Assembly (NCBI RefSeq): GCF_009914755.1
Contig: NC_060938.1
Direction: 5' to 3' (one strand)
DNA from: the human T2T-CHM13v2.0 reference genome, Homo sapiens
DNA: 64,000 nucleotides
In this document: positions 13,552 to 25,693 of the stretch, piece after piece
Position numbering within the stretch: position 1 is the stretch's first letter
How the letters are laid out: every line of letters begins with the position of its first letter
The notes under the pieces: model-generated
Seen by the model: the letters and a program-made list of their open reading frames with translations, nothing else
Databases searched by the model: none
What the model was told of the DNA's origin: nothing
Program-made: the position numbers and the translations under genes

Positions 13552-14210
13552 CAGTGGGTTCTCAACTCTGGCTGTACTTTAGAATCACCTGAGACACCTG
13601 TAAAAAATGCAGATGCTTGAGCCCTGTATCAATTAGCTATTGCTGTGTAACAAATCACTCCAAAGCTTAGTGGCTTAAGAAACATACACTTATTATGTCA
13701 TAGTTTCTGTGGATCAGAAATATCATAGCAATTTAGCCAAGTAGTTCTGAGAGTTTCTCATGATGCTTGTAATCAAGATGTCAGCTGGGGCTGCAGTCAC
13801 CTGAGGCTTGACTGGGTGGGAGGCTATATTTTACCTCTAGCTCACTCATTCATTGGCTCTTGGCCAAGGTTTCTCACCATGTGGTCCTCTCCACCAGGCT
13901 GCTCATGACATGACATTCTGCTTTCTCCAAAGCAATGCCACTCTGCCTTTTATGACATAGTTTCCAAGGCACATATCTTCACTTCCATCTTATTCTACTA
14001 GAAACAAATCACTAAATTCTACCCACACTCGGTGGGATAAAATCCTAAAAGGATGAGAATATCAGGGGGAAGAAACACTGGGGGCCTTGAAGACTGGCCT
14101 TTACAGACCCTAATCCCAAATATTTTAATTTAACTGGTTTGGGGCCCAATCATCTTTTTCTTTTGTTAAACTCCCTAGGTAACTCCAATTTGCCACCAAG
14201 ATTAAAAACT
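13552..14210 (+). mobile_element. MER5A MITE split by an MLT1 insertion
   Basis: 5' part cagtgggttctcaactctggctgtactttagaatcacctg (13552-13624); 3' part resumes at 14106. Confidence 0.65.
13625..14105 (-). mobile_element. MLT1 (F/G-like) MaLR solo LTR
   Basis: TG...CA termini; attgctgtgtaacaaatcactccaaagcttagtggcttaa; imperfect 5-bp TSD agccc/gaccc. Confidence 0.8.
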
Positions 14211-15759
14211 ATATAGAGTTTCTCCTACGTTACCTTCTCTTTTGACCCAACTTGGTCATTTCAATCCCTTTCTTTGGCATGTCCTTAATTGGCTCATCAC
14301 ATCCTGCTGCTAAATTCTCTCTGGTCCTAAGCAGTCAGGCAGGTACAACCCTGGCAGTAGGTCCCAAGGGTGCATCTGTCTGAGTGCTTAGGACCCTAAG
14401 GACTGCTTAGTGGGGCCCTTCAAAATGCAGGAGCACAGCAGCAGTGGGGTTGAAGGCCAGATAGCAAACAGCATCCAAAATTAAGACCTATTGGCAGGCC
14501 CTGGAGATACTGGAGCAAATGACTAGGCAAGTGACTAGGCAAAGTCAGGGGCCAGGCAAAATCAGAGATTGGAAATGCTAAAGGGGCCAGGCAGGAGCAG
14601 CCAGCAGGCCAGAGAACAGTCAGAGGTCACCAACAATAAGGAGACCCCCCAAAGCTGAAGGAAACTTCTGGCTCAGCCCTGGCTGCCTTACTATTATTCT
14701 CTTACCCTTGTAAGAGCCAATCCCAAAACATCTCCCTAAAACATCAACCAAAAGCAGCCTGAAGTGTGAATTTGGAGAAGGAGAACAGATAGTCCCAGCT
14801 TTCTGGCAGAGGCAGTTCCTCTAACACCAGCTGCCCTCAACCCCTCTTCCAATAAGCAAGATTTCCTGGCTCATTATAATGTTGGCATTGCCATCCACAA
14901 GATGAAAGTTGCCTACAACAAAAATAAACATAAAATGATTATAATATACACATCACTGGGGAGCAAGGTGTCCATCATCACAGATGGCTTATTCATCTCT
15001 GTGTAATGAAACCCAAAGTATAATTGTATATATTTTCAGACTGTTCTCTCTCATTGCTCATTAAAGGGGGATCTGGCTTTGTCTGTCTGATCAATTTCTG
15101 CCTGCTCTTGGCCTCTGGTCCTTTGGCCTTTCATAGCACAGAATCTAGAGAAGGAGAAAGGATAGAATAAGAGGGATCAGAGCCAGTGCAGGGAGAAGGC
15201 TTAATAGGAGTGGTTCTGAAGAAATGTGGGGGAGTATTTGCAGTGTATGAGAAAAATTGATGGAAGAGAAAAAGATTAAAAAGAGAACTGTTTCTCAGGA
15301 CTGTGAGTCCTTTCAACATATCCAAAAATAGCAATTATAAAAAAACTTGCAAATTTCTTTTCAGTTGATGGACTATGTTTTTCGTTAATCATAATCCTGT
15401 TTTGAAATTAGATCATGGGGGTCCCTGCTTTAATGAGGTTCATTAGTATTCACAGTGCCTAGAATAGCAGAACCTAGTAATTACTGAAAAAACTGTTAAA
15501 TAAATATTATATGCTCATAAAGTTCCAGAGAGGCCTATTATAAAAGCTGAAATATAATGATATATATAAATGAAATATAATGAGAACCATAAGGACAATA
15601 CATCATTGTGTGTGATCAAGTGCCTTCTGATCAATCCTGCCTGTAACCAGAGCCTGAGACTTGCTCCCCTTGTGAATTACGTCAAAGCTGGACCCTCAAG
15701 CCAGCCTGACTCCTTCTTCTTTCTCAAGGTACCTCTGGCCTCTGCCTCTTCAAAGATCT

Positions 15760-16530
15760 AGTGAATCACTAAGTCCTATTGATGTTGGCACCAACGTTTC
15801 TCCTATCTAGTCTCTTTCTTTGCCCCCAAAAGCTACTGTCTTAGCACAGGCCTTTATCATCTCTCATCTGAACTAACACCTACTACCTAGCTTCCCCACC
15901 TCCAGTCTTTTAAGCCCACCATCATGTACAGCTTCCAGACTGAATCCTGTGACTCCTGTCGTCGTTAGTCCCCACTGTTTACAGGATAAAGTTCGAAGCA
16001 TAAATGGTTCTTTCTGATGTGGCCCCTGCTACCCACCAGTTCAGTCATGTACCTATTTGAAGTGTGATGAGCTCCCCATAAGGGTTACACCACTGTGCCT
16101 TTGCTGGGGATCTTCCATCTGCCTGGATTGCCATTCCACCCACACTCAAGCCTCCACCTGGAGGCACCTACTGTGTCTGTCCAGGCTCAGTTCAATTACC
16201 ACTCAGATACAACTCAACCTCTTGTTATTTTTCCCCACTGTACCCCATAGAAAATTTTATCCCAATATTAATGACCTTGTTGTACCTATTATTTTGAAGG
16301 TCTGTCTCCCCCAGTAAGGTTGAAAGCCCCTTACGGGCAGGATCTTATCCTGATAGTATTATAGTTCCATGACTATGAAGATTGTTCATGGCCATTTGCT
16401 AAGCAGGTAGCAGGTGGCAGAGCCAAAGATCTTTCCAATAAAGCATGCTGCCTTTTTCTTTTTTGTCATTTTTAGTGCTCAGGCCTGGCATATAGTAGGC
16501 ACTCAGTAAATGTTTTTAAACAAATAAATG
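15760..16530 (+). mobile_element. L2 3' region
   Basis: Pyrimidine-rich L2 body ending gcctggcatatagtaggcactcagtaaatg. Confidence 0.65.
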
Positions 16531-17464
16531 GTTATCAGTTTACTCATAAAAACAATAGGGAGCTTGAGTTCAACTCTTGCTACTCCTCTACTGTGGCAGA
16601 CCCAAGGCCTGAAGTGGAAATCCTACTTCTCACCCCCAAAAAGTGGGTTTTTAGGGATAAATGAGGCAAATGTAACAAAATCTTAATAACTGTTGAGTCT
16701 GATCTGACTTCATTTTACTACTTTCTCTAACTTTGAGTGCATTTCAAAGCTGTAATAAAAAGATGAAAACTTTTTTATGCAGCATGGTTTTAGGGTTTTT
16801 CCTGCTGTGAACTTGCCAGTGACTGTGGTGGTTCCCTAACTCCTCTCTCTGAAGCCCTTCCTTTTCCTGACCAGACCAGACCATTCTCAGCAAGGTTGCC
16901 TTGGTGACTGCTAGATCAACAAAGACACATTATGTATTTTATCTGGTGAAATCACTCCTCAATACATGCAATGAATTCACTCTTGGCTTGATCTGATTTC
17001 CCTGGGTGATATATGCAGCAGTGGTTCAGGCCTAAATAGCCACCTGGCAAGGCAATTCTTCTTCAGGAGGCAGCCTGCGGCATGTGAGGTGCGCCAGTGA
17101 CAGGCATGATGGTGGCAAGATTTAGCTGCCAAACAGGACATGGTTAGTGATATTTTTCAGCTCCAGGACAGGACCCAGACTCAGCAGCCAAACTGCTCAG
17201 AGTCTGCAGCCTGGAGCAAATGGGATTTTCCTTACTCTCTGCAAAACTTCAGCCAGACTTCTAAGTACAGGAGTGCTGCCGCTGGAAGCCGAGCAAGGCA
17301 TTAACCCCTCCTGGGCGCAGGAGCCCGTGACAATGTGCAACCTGCAGTTAAATTTGATAAAATATCAAACTTTATAAAATTTTTCAGGGGAAAAACTGGG
17401 TTTAGATTATTTTGCTAAGTTTTAGATCTGGGAGGTAGAAGCCAGAATGGAAAGAAAAATAAGT

Positions 17465-17655
17465 TTTAGAGATAGTCAGATACAGATTCTGATACCAGTT
17501 AAGCCACTGCCATTTTGTGACCTTGGACAATATTTAACCTGCCTGAGTTTCCACTGTCTCCAGTGAAAGATGGTAATAACCTTATAGAAATAATACATGT
17601 AAGGAATCAACACAGTGCCTGGGACATAGTAAGTTCTTAAGAAATGATAAATGTA
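17465..17655 (+). mobile_element. MIR
   Basis: tgtgaccttggacaatatttaacct...cacagtgcctgggacatagtaag. Confidence 0.75.
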
Positions 17656-18199
17656 TTGTTCTGAAAGATTTTGACAGAGTTCACAATGTTCCAGGAGGTA
17701 CATACAGAGAAAATAAGTGTTGGCTTTTAGATTAGAAAGAAAATCACTAAAAAGATCAGGGAAATCAAAAAGTACATGAAGATAGGTGGAGAAGGATCAG
17801 AAAATTTAATGGGCAGCCAATGGGAACAGAAGAAAATATGAACAGCTAAGTTTCTTTTATGTAGATTTTAGTTTTTCAGGGCTTGTTCCTGGTTTTACAA
17901 GACCTTAAATTATTTAAGTCAAGTCAACATCTCCTGAACATTCAAAATCTCATTTTGTTGGTTTGAATGCTTTTAGCAATGACACACGGCCCCCGCAGCA
18001 CTGGGGCAGCATTTGTCTAAATACTGACCTCAACATCCACTGCACATAAGAAGCAGCAGAACAGATAGCAGCTTATGGGTTGCTAAACCAAGCCATTTTC
18101 CTAAGTTATACTTCTTCTATTTCCCCCATCTCTGTAAAAACATTACAGTTCATTAATTTTGTGAGATTTCAGGATCCCCAGTCTGTAATTCTCAGTTAG

Positions 18200-18490
18200 T
18201 GCTGTCCCATATGCTCTGGCGGGGAAGACAAGCATAAACCGTTCCCAGCCACACATCAGTGCCAGCCAAGAGGCTTTGGGCTCAGGCCGAGAGATGCAGC
18301 TTCGACTCGGATGTTTAACATCTGCCTGATTTATGGCCTCCTCGCTTTATGAAGAGCGCTGGTAAAAGCTGTTGGGGAGCATTTTGATGCCACTTGTATT
18401 CATTATCAGCAATAAATTGTGACGATGTTGCAAGAGCAAATGTATCAGACAGTCAGAGTCTATTATTGTATAAGGCTGGCGACATCCTGG
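18200..18490. promoter_or_regulatory. Candidate enhancer (PBX-HOX/CDX motif cluster)
   Basis: Repeat-free, CpG-retaining; TGATTTATGGCC 18327-18338, TTTATGA 18346-18352, GCAATAAA 18409-18416. Confidence 0.4.
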
Positions 18491-18849
18491 GAAAATCACA
18501 GTATATACAGGATGCAAAAACTACCTTCAAGTATCATTTAGGGCATATTTTTAAATACACAGAAAATTAGGAATATAGACATTAAGATTCCCACAGTCAC
18601 ACTAATTGGGCCACATTATTTTCTAACCATCAGGTTGTGCATGGCACTGAGTAGAGCTGACAAATGTCACAATGAGACCCCAAAGTCAATCAGCCATCTT
18701 CAGTGCGGAATTGTCAACCCTAATGGTCTAGTCATACTTTGTGTTTGTACTATAACATTTTGTATGGCTTATACATTATCTCCTAGCTTGTTAAACAGTG
18801 TTACAGTCACTTTCATCTCTCTGCTGCTCTTCTTTTCCTAGTTATTCTC

Positions 18850-19222
18850 TGGTTCAGGAACCCTCATTCCCCTTTTCCCCAAAGTTTCACACCCTTCTCC
18901 CTGGCACCAGCCACTCTCCCAACCAATCTCTCCTACAACTGATGGCCAAATTAAGTTTTCTGAAGCATTGCTCTTTTCATATCAAACACTGCTCAAAAAC
19001 TGTCAATAAACTTCCACATCTATTAAAACACAGCCACATACATTTCACAGCTAATCTGCTGTGTGGGCCTGATCTGCTGGGGGATCTTCCCTTGGCCCCC
19101 AATCATAGTTTATTTTTGCTTGTGTGTCTTCCTTACTTGACATTGAACTCTCTGACAGCAGAGGTAGTCCTGGAATACAATAGGTGCTCATTAAATATTT
19201 GTTGAATGACTAAATGAATGAA
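18850..19222 (+). mobile_element. L2 3' fragment
   Basis: Ends taggtgctcattaaatatttgttgaatgactaaatgaatgaa. Confidence 0.7.
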
Positions 19223-19224
19223 TC

Positions 19225-19690
19225 TGCTCATGCATACTGGCTGGCAATATGAACTAGTAAAAATTCTTTTGGAAAGTAATTTGCAAGTATCAATATTCAT
19301 TAAAATATTCATAATCTTTGACCTTAAAATGATATTCTGATAATGTATTCTGAGGCAGTCATTCTATGGGGATACGATGCTTATGAGGTATTGCCTATAA
19401 TAATGAAATGTCAGAATGGATTTAAAGCAATAATAAGAGAATGGTTAAGTAAATTAAGGTAAATCCACTCAAATGAACATTATAAAGTCAATAAAAATTA
19501 TTATGAAGACTGGTTAGTGACATGAAACATTGACCTATATCTTTTTTTTTAAGTATTGAAAATTAAAGCCATATCCTGGTTTATCCACTCATCTAGCAAG
19601 GATGGTAAAAATTTTTTAAGAAGTACTCAAAAGTGAAAATGGTAGAATTATAGGAAAACTTCTCATTTATTTGGATTTTTGTTAATGTTT
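19225..19690 (+). mobile_element. Ancient L1ME-type 3' fragment
   Basis: ttttggaaagtaatttg...gaatggttaagtaaattaaggtaaatccactcaaatgaa. Confidence 0.55.
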
Positions 19691-19829
19691 TGGCAAAAAG
19701 ATCCCCTGCGTGCCTAGCAAACAAGCACTTCAACAGTTTCCTATCCCACCGAATAAAACCCACAACGCGCCTTCAATTCTAGACACAGAACAGTTTCCTC
19801 TAAACCTATATTTCCAGATACATATATTT

Positions 19830-20407
19830 TTTTCTCTATGTGTTATAATATATACCAAAAAACCCCACATAAATCAAAATTATATGGCTAAATAAGTTTC
19901 CATAAAGTGGAGCCCTGTGTGACCACCACCAAGATCAAGAAGAGAATGTTCAGAATCCCCTCCCATCCCTATCTCATCCTTCTCCACAAAGGAAACCATC
20001 CTGACTTGGGCTGTGACTAATCCTTTTGTTCCTTTATAGTTTGTCACATATGCCTTATCCCTAAATATTATAGTTTCATTGTGTTTTGAACTCACTTAAC
20101 TAAATGGAATCACACATTTTAGATTTTTGACTTCTTTCACTCAAAATTATGTTGTTTAGATTTATCCACATCATTGTCTGTGGCTATAATTTGTTCACTC
20201 CTTTTGTTGCCTAGCATTCCATCTCAAAAATATGCAGCATTTATTTATTCATTCTACTGTTGATTATTATTAGTTAGGGCTCTTTCCCATATGAGGGTAT
20301 CATGAAGCGGGCTCTCTGAACATCCTTGTACACATTTCTTGGTACTCTCATGTATGTGTTCTATTGGAAATATACCTATTGGAAATATACCTAGGAGTGG
20401 AATGCTC
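19830..20407 (-). mobile_element. L1ME-type 3' fragment
   Basis: Antisense L1 3' UTR/ORF2 end: aaatggaatcac...ttctttcactcaa...atacctaggagtggaatgct. Confidence 0.7.
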
Positions 20408-20524
20408 CAGCCACAGTGGTGGACTTCTGACCTGTGGAAATGTGAGACAATGAATGGGTGTTGTTTTAAGCTCCTAAATATGTGGTAATTTCTAAAATGA
20501 CTGCAACAATAGAAAACTATTGCA
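20408..20524 (+). mobile_element. MLT1 LTR 3' fragment
   Basis: ggacttctgacct...gtgttgttttaagctcctaaatatgtggtaatt...atagaaaacta. Confidence 0.65.
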
Positions 20525-20529
20525 ACAGG

Positions 20530-21700
20530 CTCACTACTCTCTGGGAGAAGGAGTCCAGCACAGGGAATAGCAAGGGTAGAGGCCCTGCTGGGAACACTCT
20601 CAGCATGCTCCAAGAATAGCAAGTTGACCAGTGGGGTTGGAGCAGTGATAGAGAGGGAGTGTGAGGACATGAGGTTAAAGATAGAATTAGGGGTCAGATC
20701 ATGTGGGGCCTTGTAGACCTTTAGAATTTTATGGGAAGCTATTGGAGAGTTTTGAGCAGGAGAATGATATAATAGGATTTACATTTTAAAGATAACTCTT
20801 GCTGCCATGTAGCAATTCTCTATGGGGCGACAAGTATAGATGTGGGAACAGTTAGGAAATCTAGTGTGGTAGTCAAGGAGAGAGATCATTATGGCTGGGG
20901 CTAGTTAGTGAAGGGAGGTGAGAAGTTGAATAAATTTGAAGATATAGTCAACAGGATTTGCTGAAGGATTGGATGTGGGGTGTAAGAGAAAGCAAGATGT
21001 AGAGATGTTGAGTGGGTAGTTGGATGTACAATCCTGGAGTTCACAGGAACTGACAACAGATAGATGCCACTTAAAGTATGAAAGTGGAAGAGATTTCTTG
21101 GGAGGTGAATGTAATTAGAAAAGAGGACTGTGCTCTGAGGAAGGTGGTAATTTAGAGACCTGGAAGAGACAAAGCTAGGAAATGAGGTATGCAGAAAACC
21201 AGAAGAATGGTGTCCTAGAAGCCAAATGACGAACAGGCTGCAAGGAGCAGGGAGTGAATAGTGCCAAATACTGCAGGAGGCCGATCAGAAGAGGACAAAG
21301 ACTGAGCCATTGGATTTGCAGCAGGGATGCCCCTGGTGACCTTAACAAGACTAGTTTTGTGAAGTGGTGAGGATCAAAGCTTGTTTGGGTGATCTCAAGA
21401 GGAAATGAAAAAAGAGGAAGTGAAGACAGTGAATACAGACTTTTTTTTTTTTGAGTAGTTTTACTGCAACAAGAAGCAGATAAATGATGCTATAGAAGGA
21501 GAAAAAAGCAGGGTCAAGGACAGGTAATTTTTCTTAAAGCTGGGAGGTATTATAGTACTTGTTTGATGTGGATGGGAATGAGCTAGCAGAGAGTGGCAAT
21601 TCCTGCCGGAGTAAAATGCCAGAATGGGTTCAGGGGCATGGGATTCAGGTCACCGGAGAGGAGGCAGAGTGAATGAGAATGGACGTCAGCAGGTTGGAGG
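20530..21700 (-). mobile_element. L2 (L2a-like), long fragment
   Basis: Purine-rich antisense L2: gggtcagatcatgtggggccttgtag, ttttgagcagg, ggatttgctgaaggattggatgtgggg. Confidence 0.75.
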
Positions 21701-24700
21701 ATGTGTCCTATGGAAATAATAGTAACCACCAGTAGCACACACACAGCACTAGGAGTCTCAGTGAGACGGGTCTCATTTCACATGCAAAGAAAATTGCACC
21801 TTAATACTGGGCAAGATGGCCAAAAAGCTGCAGCCAGGTGGAACAGCTGCCACTGAGGGACCAAGACAACTGGAGCACTCCTTACAGATCAGAGGGAAGG
21901 CACTGAGCGTGGACAGAGGGAGACACAGAAGCTGGGCTGAAGAGGGAGGAAGCTGGGAACCCTCCATGGGGCTGTTGCACAATGGGATTTGTTCCTGGTC
22001 CCCAACAACTATGGGGGAATGGATGAGTTGAACTGGCAAGGAACAACATGCTCTCACCATGGGCCTCTGCCTCTGGAATTCTGGCAGGAGAGACACCTCA
22101 ACCACCATGGACACTCAAATTGGCAGGGAGAGCTGTTTAGAGAAGTGGTGGTGACAGCAAGCCAGCTGATGTGAAGCCCAGAGGGTTTTGTGCAGGAGTG
22201 TCTCTAGTGGAGCATGACCAGGGATGCCCATCTCCCGAGGCTCGACGTGGTCCCATAGGAGACTTTAGCCCTAGGGGAACTGTTCACCTGAACTCTGCAG
22301 GGCAGTCTTGCCCATCAGACTGGGTCAGTCCAACCTAAGCATGCTTGGTCTGCTGGCCTCTCCTGGGGCCCCAGCCTGGCCATGCCTGCTTGCAGGGCAG
22401 CCTTGGGTGCCCTGGGGGCTTACATCATAGCTCCTGTGCTGGCACACTATGCCTGACCAGCAGAAAGCTCCAGCAGAGCAGCCTCCATAACCACACACCA
22501 GCCCACCTGCTCCCTTCCCACACTGCAACTTCCCCCAGGCCCACGGCAGTCCCTGACACTGCTTTGCTGGTGCATGTGTGTGTGGATGGGTTTTGCCTTC
22601 CTTGCCCCACCAGCACGCATGTGTCCATGCACCCTTCCTTACCAGTGCTGCAGCGGGAGTGCACACTGCCCACTCCTGCCTCCACTGAACTGCCATTGCA
22701 GATGGCACCTTGGTGGGCACAGAGTCAGCCAGCCCTGAACTTGTGCCCACACTGCCATGGGAGTGAAACTAAGCACAAAGAACAGTGAACCCTCCTCCAC
22801 CCTGAGTGACCACTCCTGCCTGTGGTGTAAGAATGCTCACACAGACCTGTGCCTGCCAGTGCCATGCCCCCATGCTGACACCAACATCAGCAGGATCATA
22901 TGTACAGTCACCAGCAGGGGCTTCACACCCCCCGAGCCATGCTACCTCTGTGGTAAATGGCTGCATGGAGGCAGGCACCCCAGCACCGTCTAGCACCTGG
23001 CCACAGCCAACAAGCATGCACCCTGCTGTGCTGCCACTGCTGCCACTACTGGCACAGGCAAACAAGGATGGATCCCACTGCCACTATACTATGAAATGCT
23101 TTGGCTGACACCACCCATCAGAGTGTAGTGGCCAGAAGTCTGGGAGCACTTAGGCCTTCCCAATGCACTTAGGAGTCCCAATGAGTGGACTCCTAATCTT
23201 GAGGAACCAGAGAACAAAGTCAGTGCCCGATACAAGTCCCCCACAGTTAGAACACACAGTGCAGAAGTTGGGAGCTGAGCACTGGATAAATTCCTGGAAA
23301 CATAAAACTTCCCAAGATTGAACCAGGAAGAAATTGAATGCCTGAACAGACCAATAACAAGGTCCAAAATTAAATCATTAGTACAAACTCTACCAACCAG
23401 AAAAAGCCCAAGACCAGAGAGATTCACAGCCAAATTCTACCTGATGTATTCTGGTACTATTCCTACTGAAACTATTCGAAAAAATTGAGGAGGAAGAACT
23501 CCTCCCTAATTCATTTTATGAGGCCAGCATCATCCTGGTACCAAACCTAGCAAAGACACAACAAAAACAGAAAGCTCAGGCCAATTTACTTGATGAACTT
23601 CGATGCAGAAATCCTCAACAAAATATTAGCAAACCAAATCCAGCAGCACATCAGAAAGCTTATCTACCACAATCAAGTAGGCTTTATCCCTGGGATGCAA
23701 GGTTGGTTCAACATACACAAATCAATAAATGTAATTCATCACACAAACAGACCTAAAGACAAAAACCACATGATCATTGCAATAGATGCAAAAAAAGGCT
23801 TTCAGTAAAGTTCAACATCCCTTCATGTTAAAAACCCTCAGCAAATGCCATTGAGGTAACATATTTCAAAATAGCAAGAGCCATCTATAACAAACCCACA
23901 GCCAACATCATACTAAATGGGCAAAAGCTGGAAGCATATGCCTTGAGAACTGGAATAAGATAAGGATGCTCAATCTCACCACTCCTATTCAACATAGCAC
24001 TGGAAGTCCTTGCCAGAGCAATTAGGCAAGAGAAAGAAATAAAAGACATCCAAATTGGAAGAGAGGAGCTCAAACTATCTCTGTTTGCAGATTATATGAC
24101 TCTATATCCAGACAACCCCATAGGCTCTGCCTGAAAGCTCCTAGATCTGAAAAACAGCTTCAGCAAAGTTCCAGTATACAAAATCAATGTACAAGAATCA
24201 GTAGCATTTCTATACATCAAGAGCATCCAAGTTGAGAGACAAATCAAGAATGCAATAACATTCACAATAGTCTCAAAAAGAATAAAGTACCTATGAATAT
24301 GGCTAACCAGGGAAGTGAAAGATCTCTACAATGAGAACAATGAAACACTGCTCAAAGAAAACAGAGAGGGGATGGGGCCAAGATGGCAGAATAGAAACAG
24401 CAGCAATCAGAGGCTCCCATTGAAAAGAATCATAATAAGACTGTGAATCCTTCACTGGCAACCAGGGTATCCAGGTTCTCTCATCAGAACTGACTAGGTG
24501 GCTGGCATGGTCCACGGAGAGGAAGGAAGAACAGTGTGGTGCAGCAGGCCACCTGAGAGCCATACAGGGCAGGGGAGATCCCCTGCCCAGCCAAGGGAGG
24601 CGGTGAGTGAGCCTGCTAACCAACCAGGGAAACCATGCTTTTTCCACAGAACTGCAACCCATAGATTGGAAGATCCCACTCACAAACCCACACCACCAGG

Positions 24701-25693
24701 CCTTAGCATCCCAACTCTGTAGCCACACAGATTTTCAACAGCCTCTTAGCTGGAATCTGCTTAAGCCTACTGAGCTCTCCTAGGGTAAGGGGAGACCAGC
24801 ACCACAGCTGCAGTTGCCTGCTGTCTAAGCCAGTTGAGCTCCTTGGGGAGGGGCAGCAGCCAGCACTGGGACTCACAACTGCCTAACATGTTAAGCTCCC
24901 CGGGTGGGGGAAGGGCAGCATCTATCTCTATTGCTCCAGGCCACGCTTTTCCCCTGTTGGAGCCAGGGAGGCTGGATGGCTTTGTCCCAAGATGTGTCCC
25001 CCACAGCGCAACACACTGGCTGTGGCAGACTGCTGCCCGAGTGCCTCTTCAGGCCTGACCCTGACTGTTCCTTCCTCACTTGGTGGGGCTTCCCTGCAGG
25101 AACTTCAATAACTCCAGCCAGAGGCTCAGGGACAGAACCCAGAACCCCCTGGGCCTGAGCCCCTAGCAGGAGGGGTGGCTCAGTGTCTGTGGACCAGCAG
25201 ACTTAATCTTTCCTCCTGGTAGTTCTGAGGAATCTGGGCAGCCCAGATGAGTGGGTTTCCCTCCAGCAAAGCACACTCCCTCCACCAAGGGACAGTCAAA
25301 GTGCTTCATTAAATGGGCCCCATTCCCCATGCCACCCAACTAGATGAGACCCTCCAACAGGGGTTGTCAGACACCCTATACAAGAGTGATCCTACTGGCA
25401 TCAGGTTGGTTCCCCTTGAGGTCAGAGATACCGGAAGAAGGAGCAGGCACCCATATTTGCTGTTCTCCAGCCTCCTTGAGTGACATCTCCAGGCATGGGA
25501 GCAAACCAGATGAATAGGGACTGAAGTGAACCCCCAGAAAACCACAGTAGCCCTACAGAAGAGGGACCTGACCACTAAAAAACAAACAAACAGAAAGTAG
25601 CAAAAAGAGCATCAACAACAACAAAAAGCCCCCAAAAAAACCCCATCCAAGGGTCAGCAGCCTCAAAGATCAAAACTTGACAAACTCATGAAG

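Noticed and set aside
21773-23108. Dense cluster of overlapping 60-147 aa ORFs on both strands
   Set aside because: GC-rich, stop-poor L1 5' UTR. The same explains 24303-25575.
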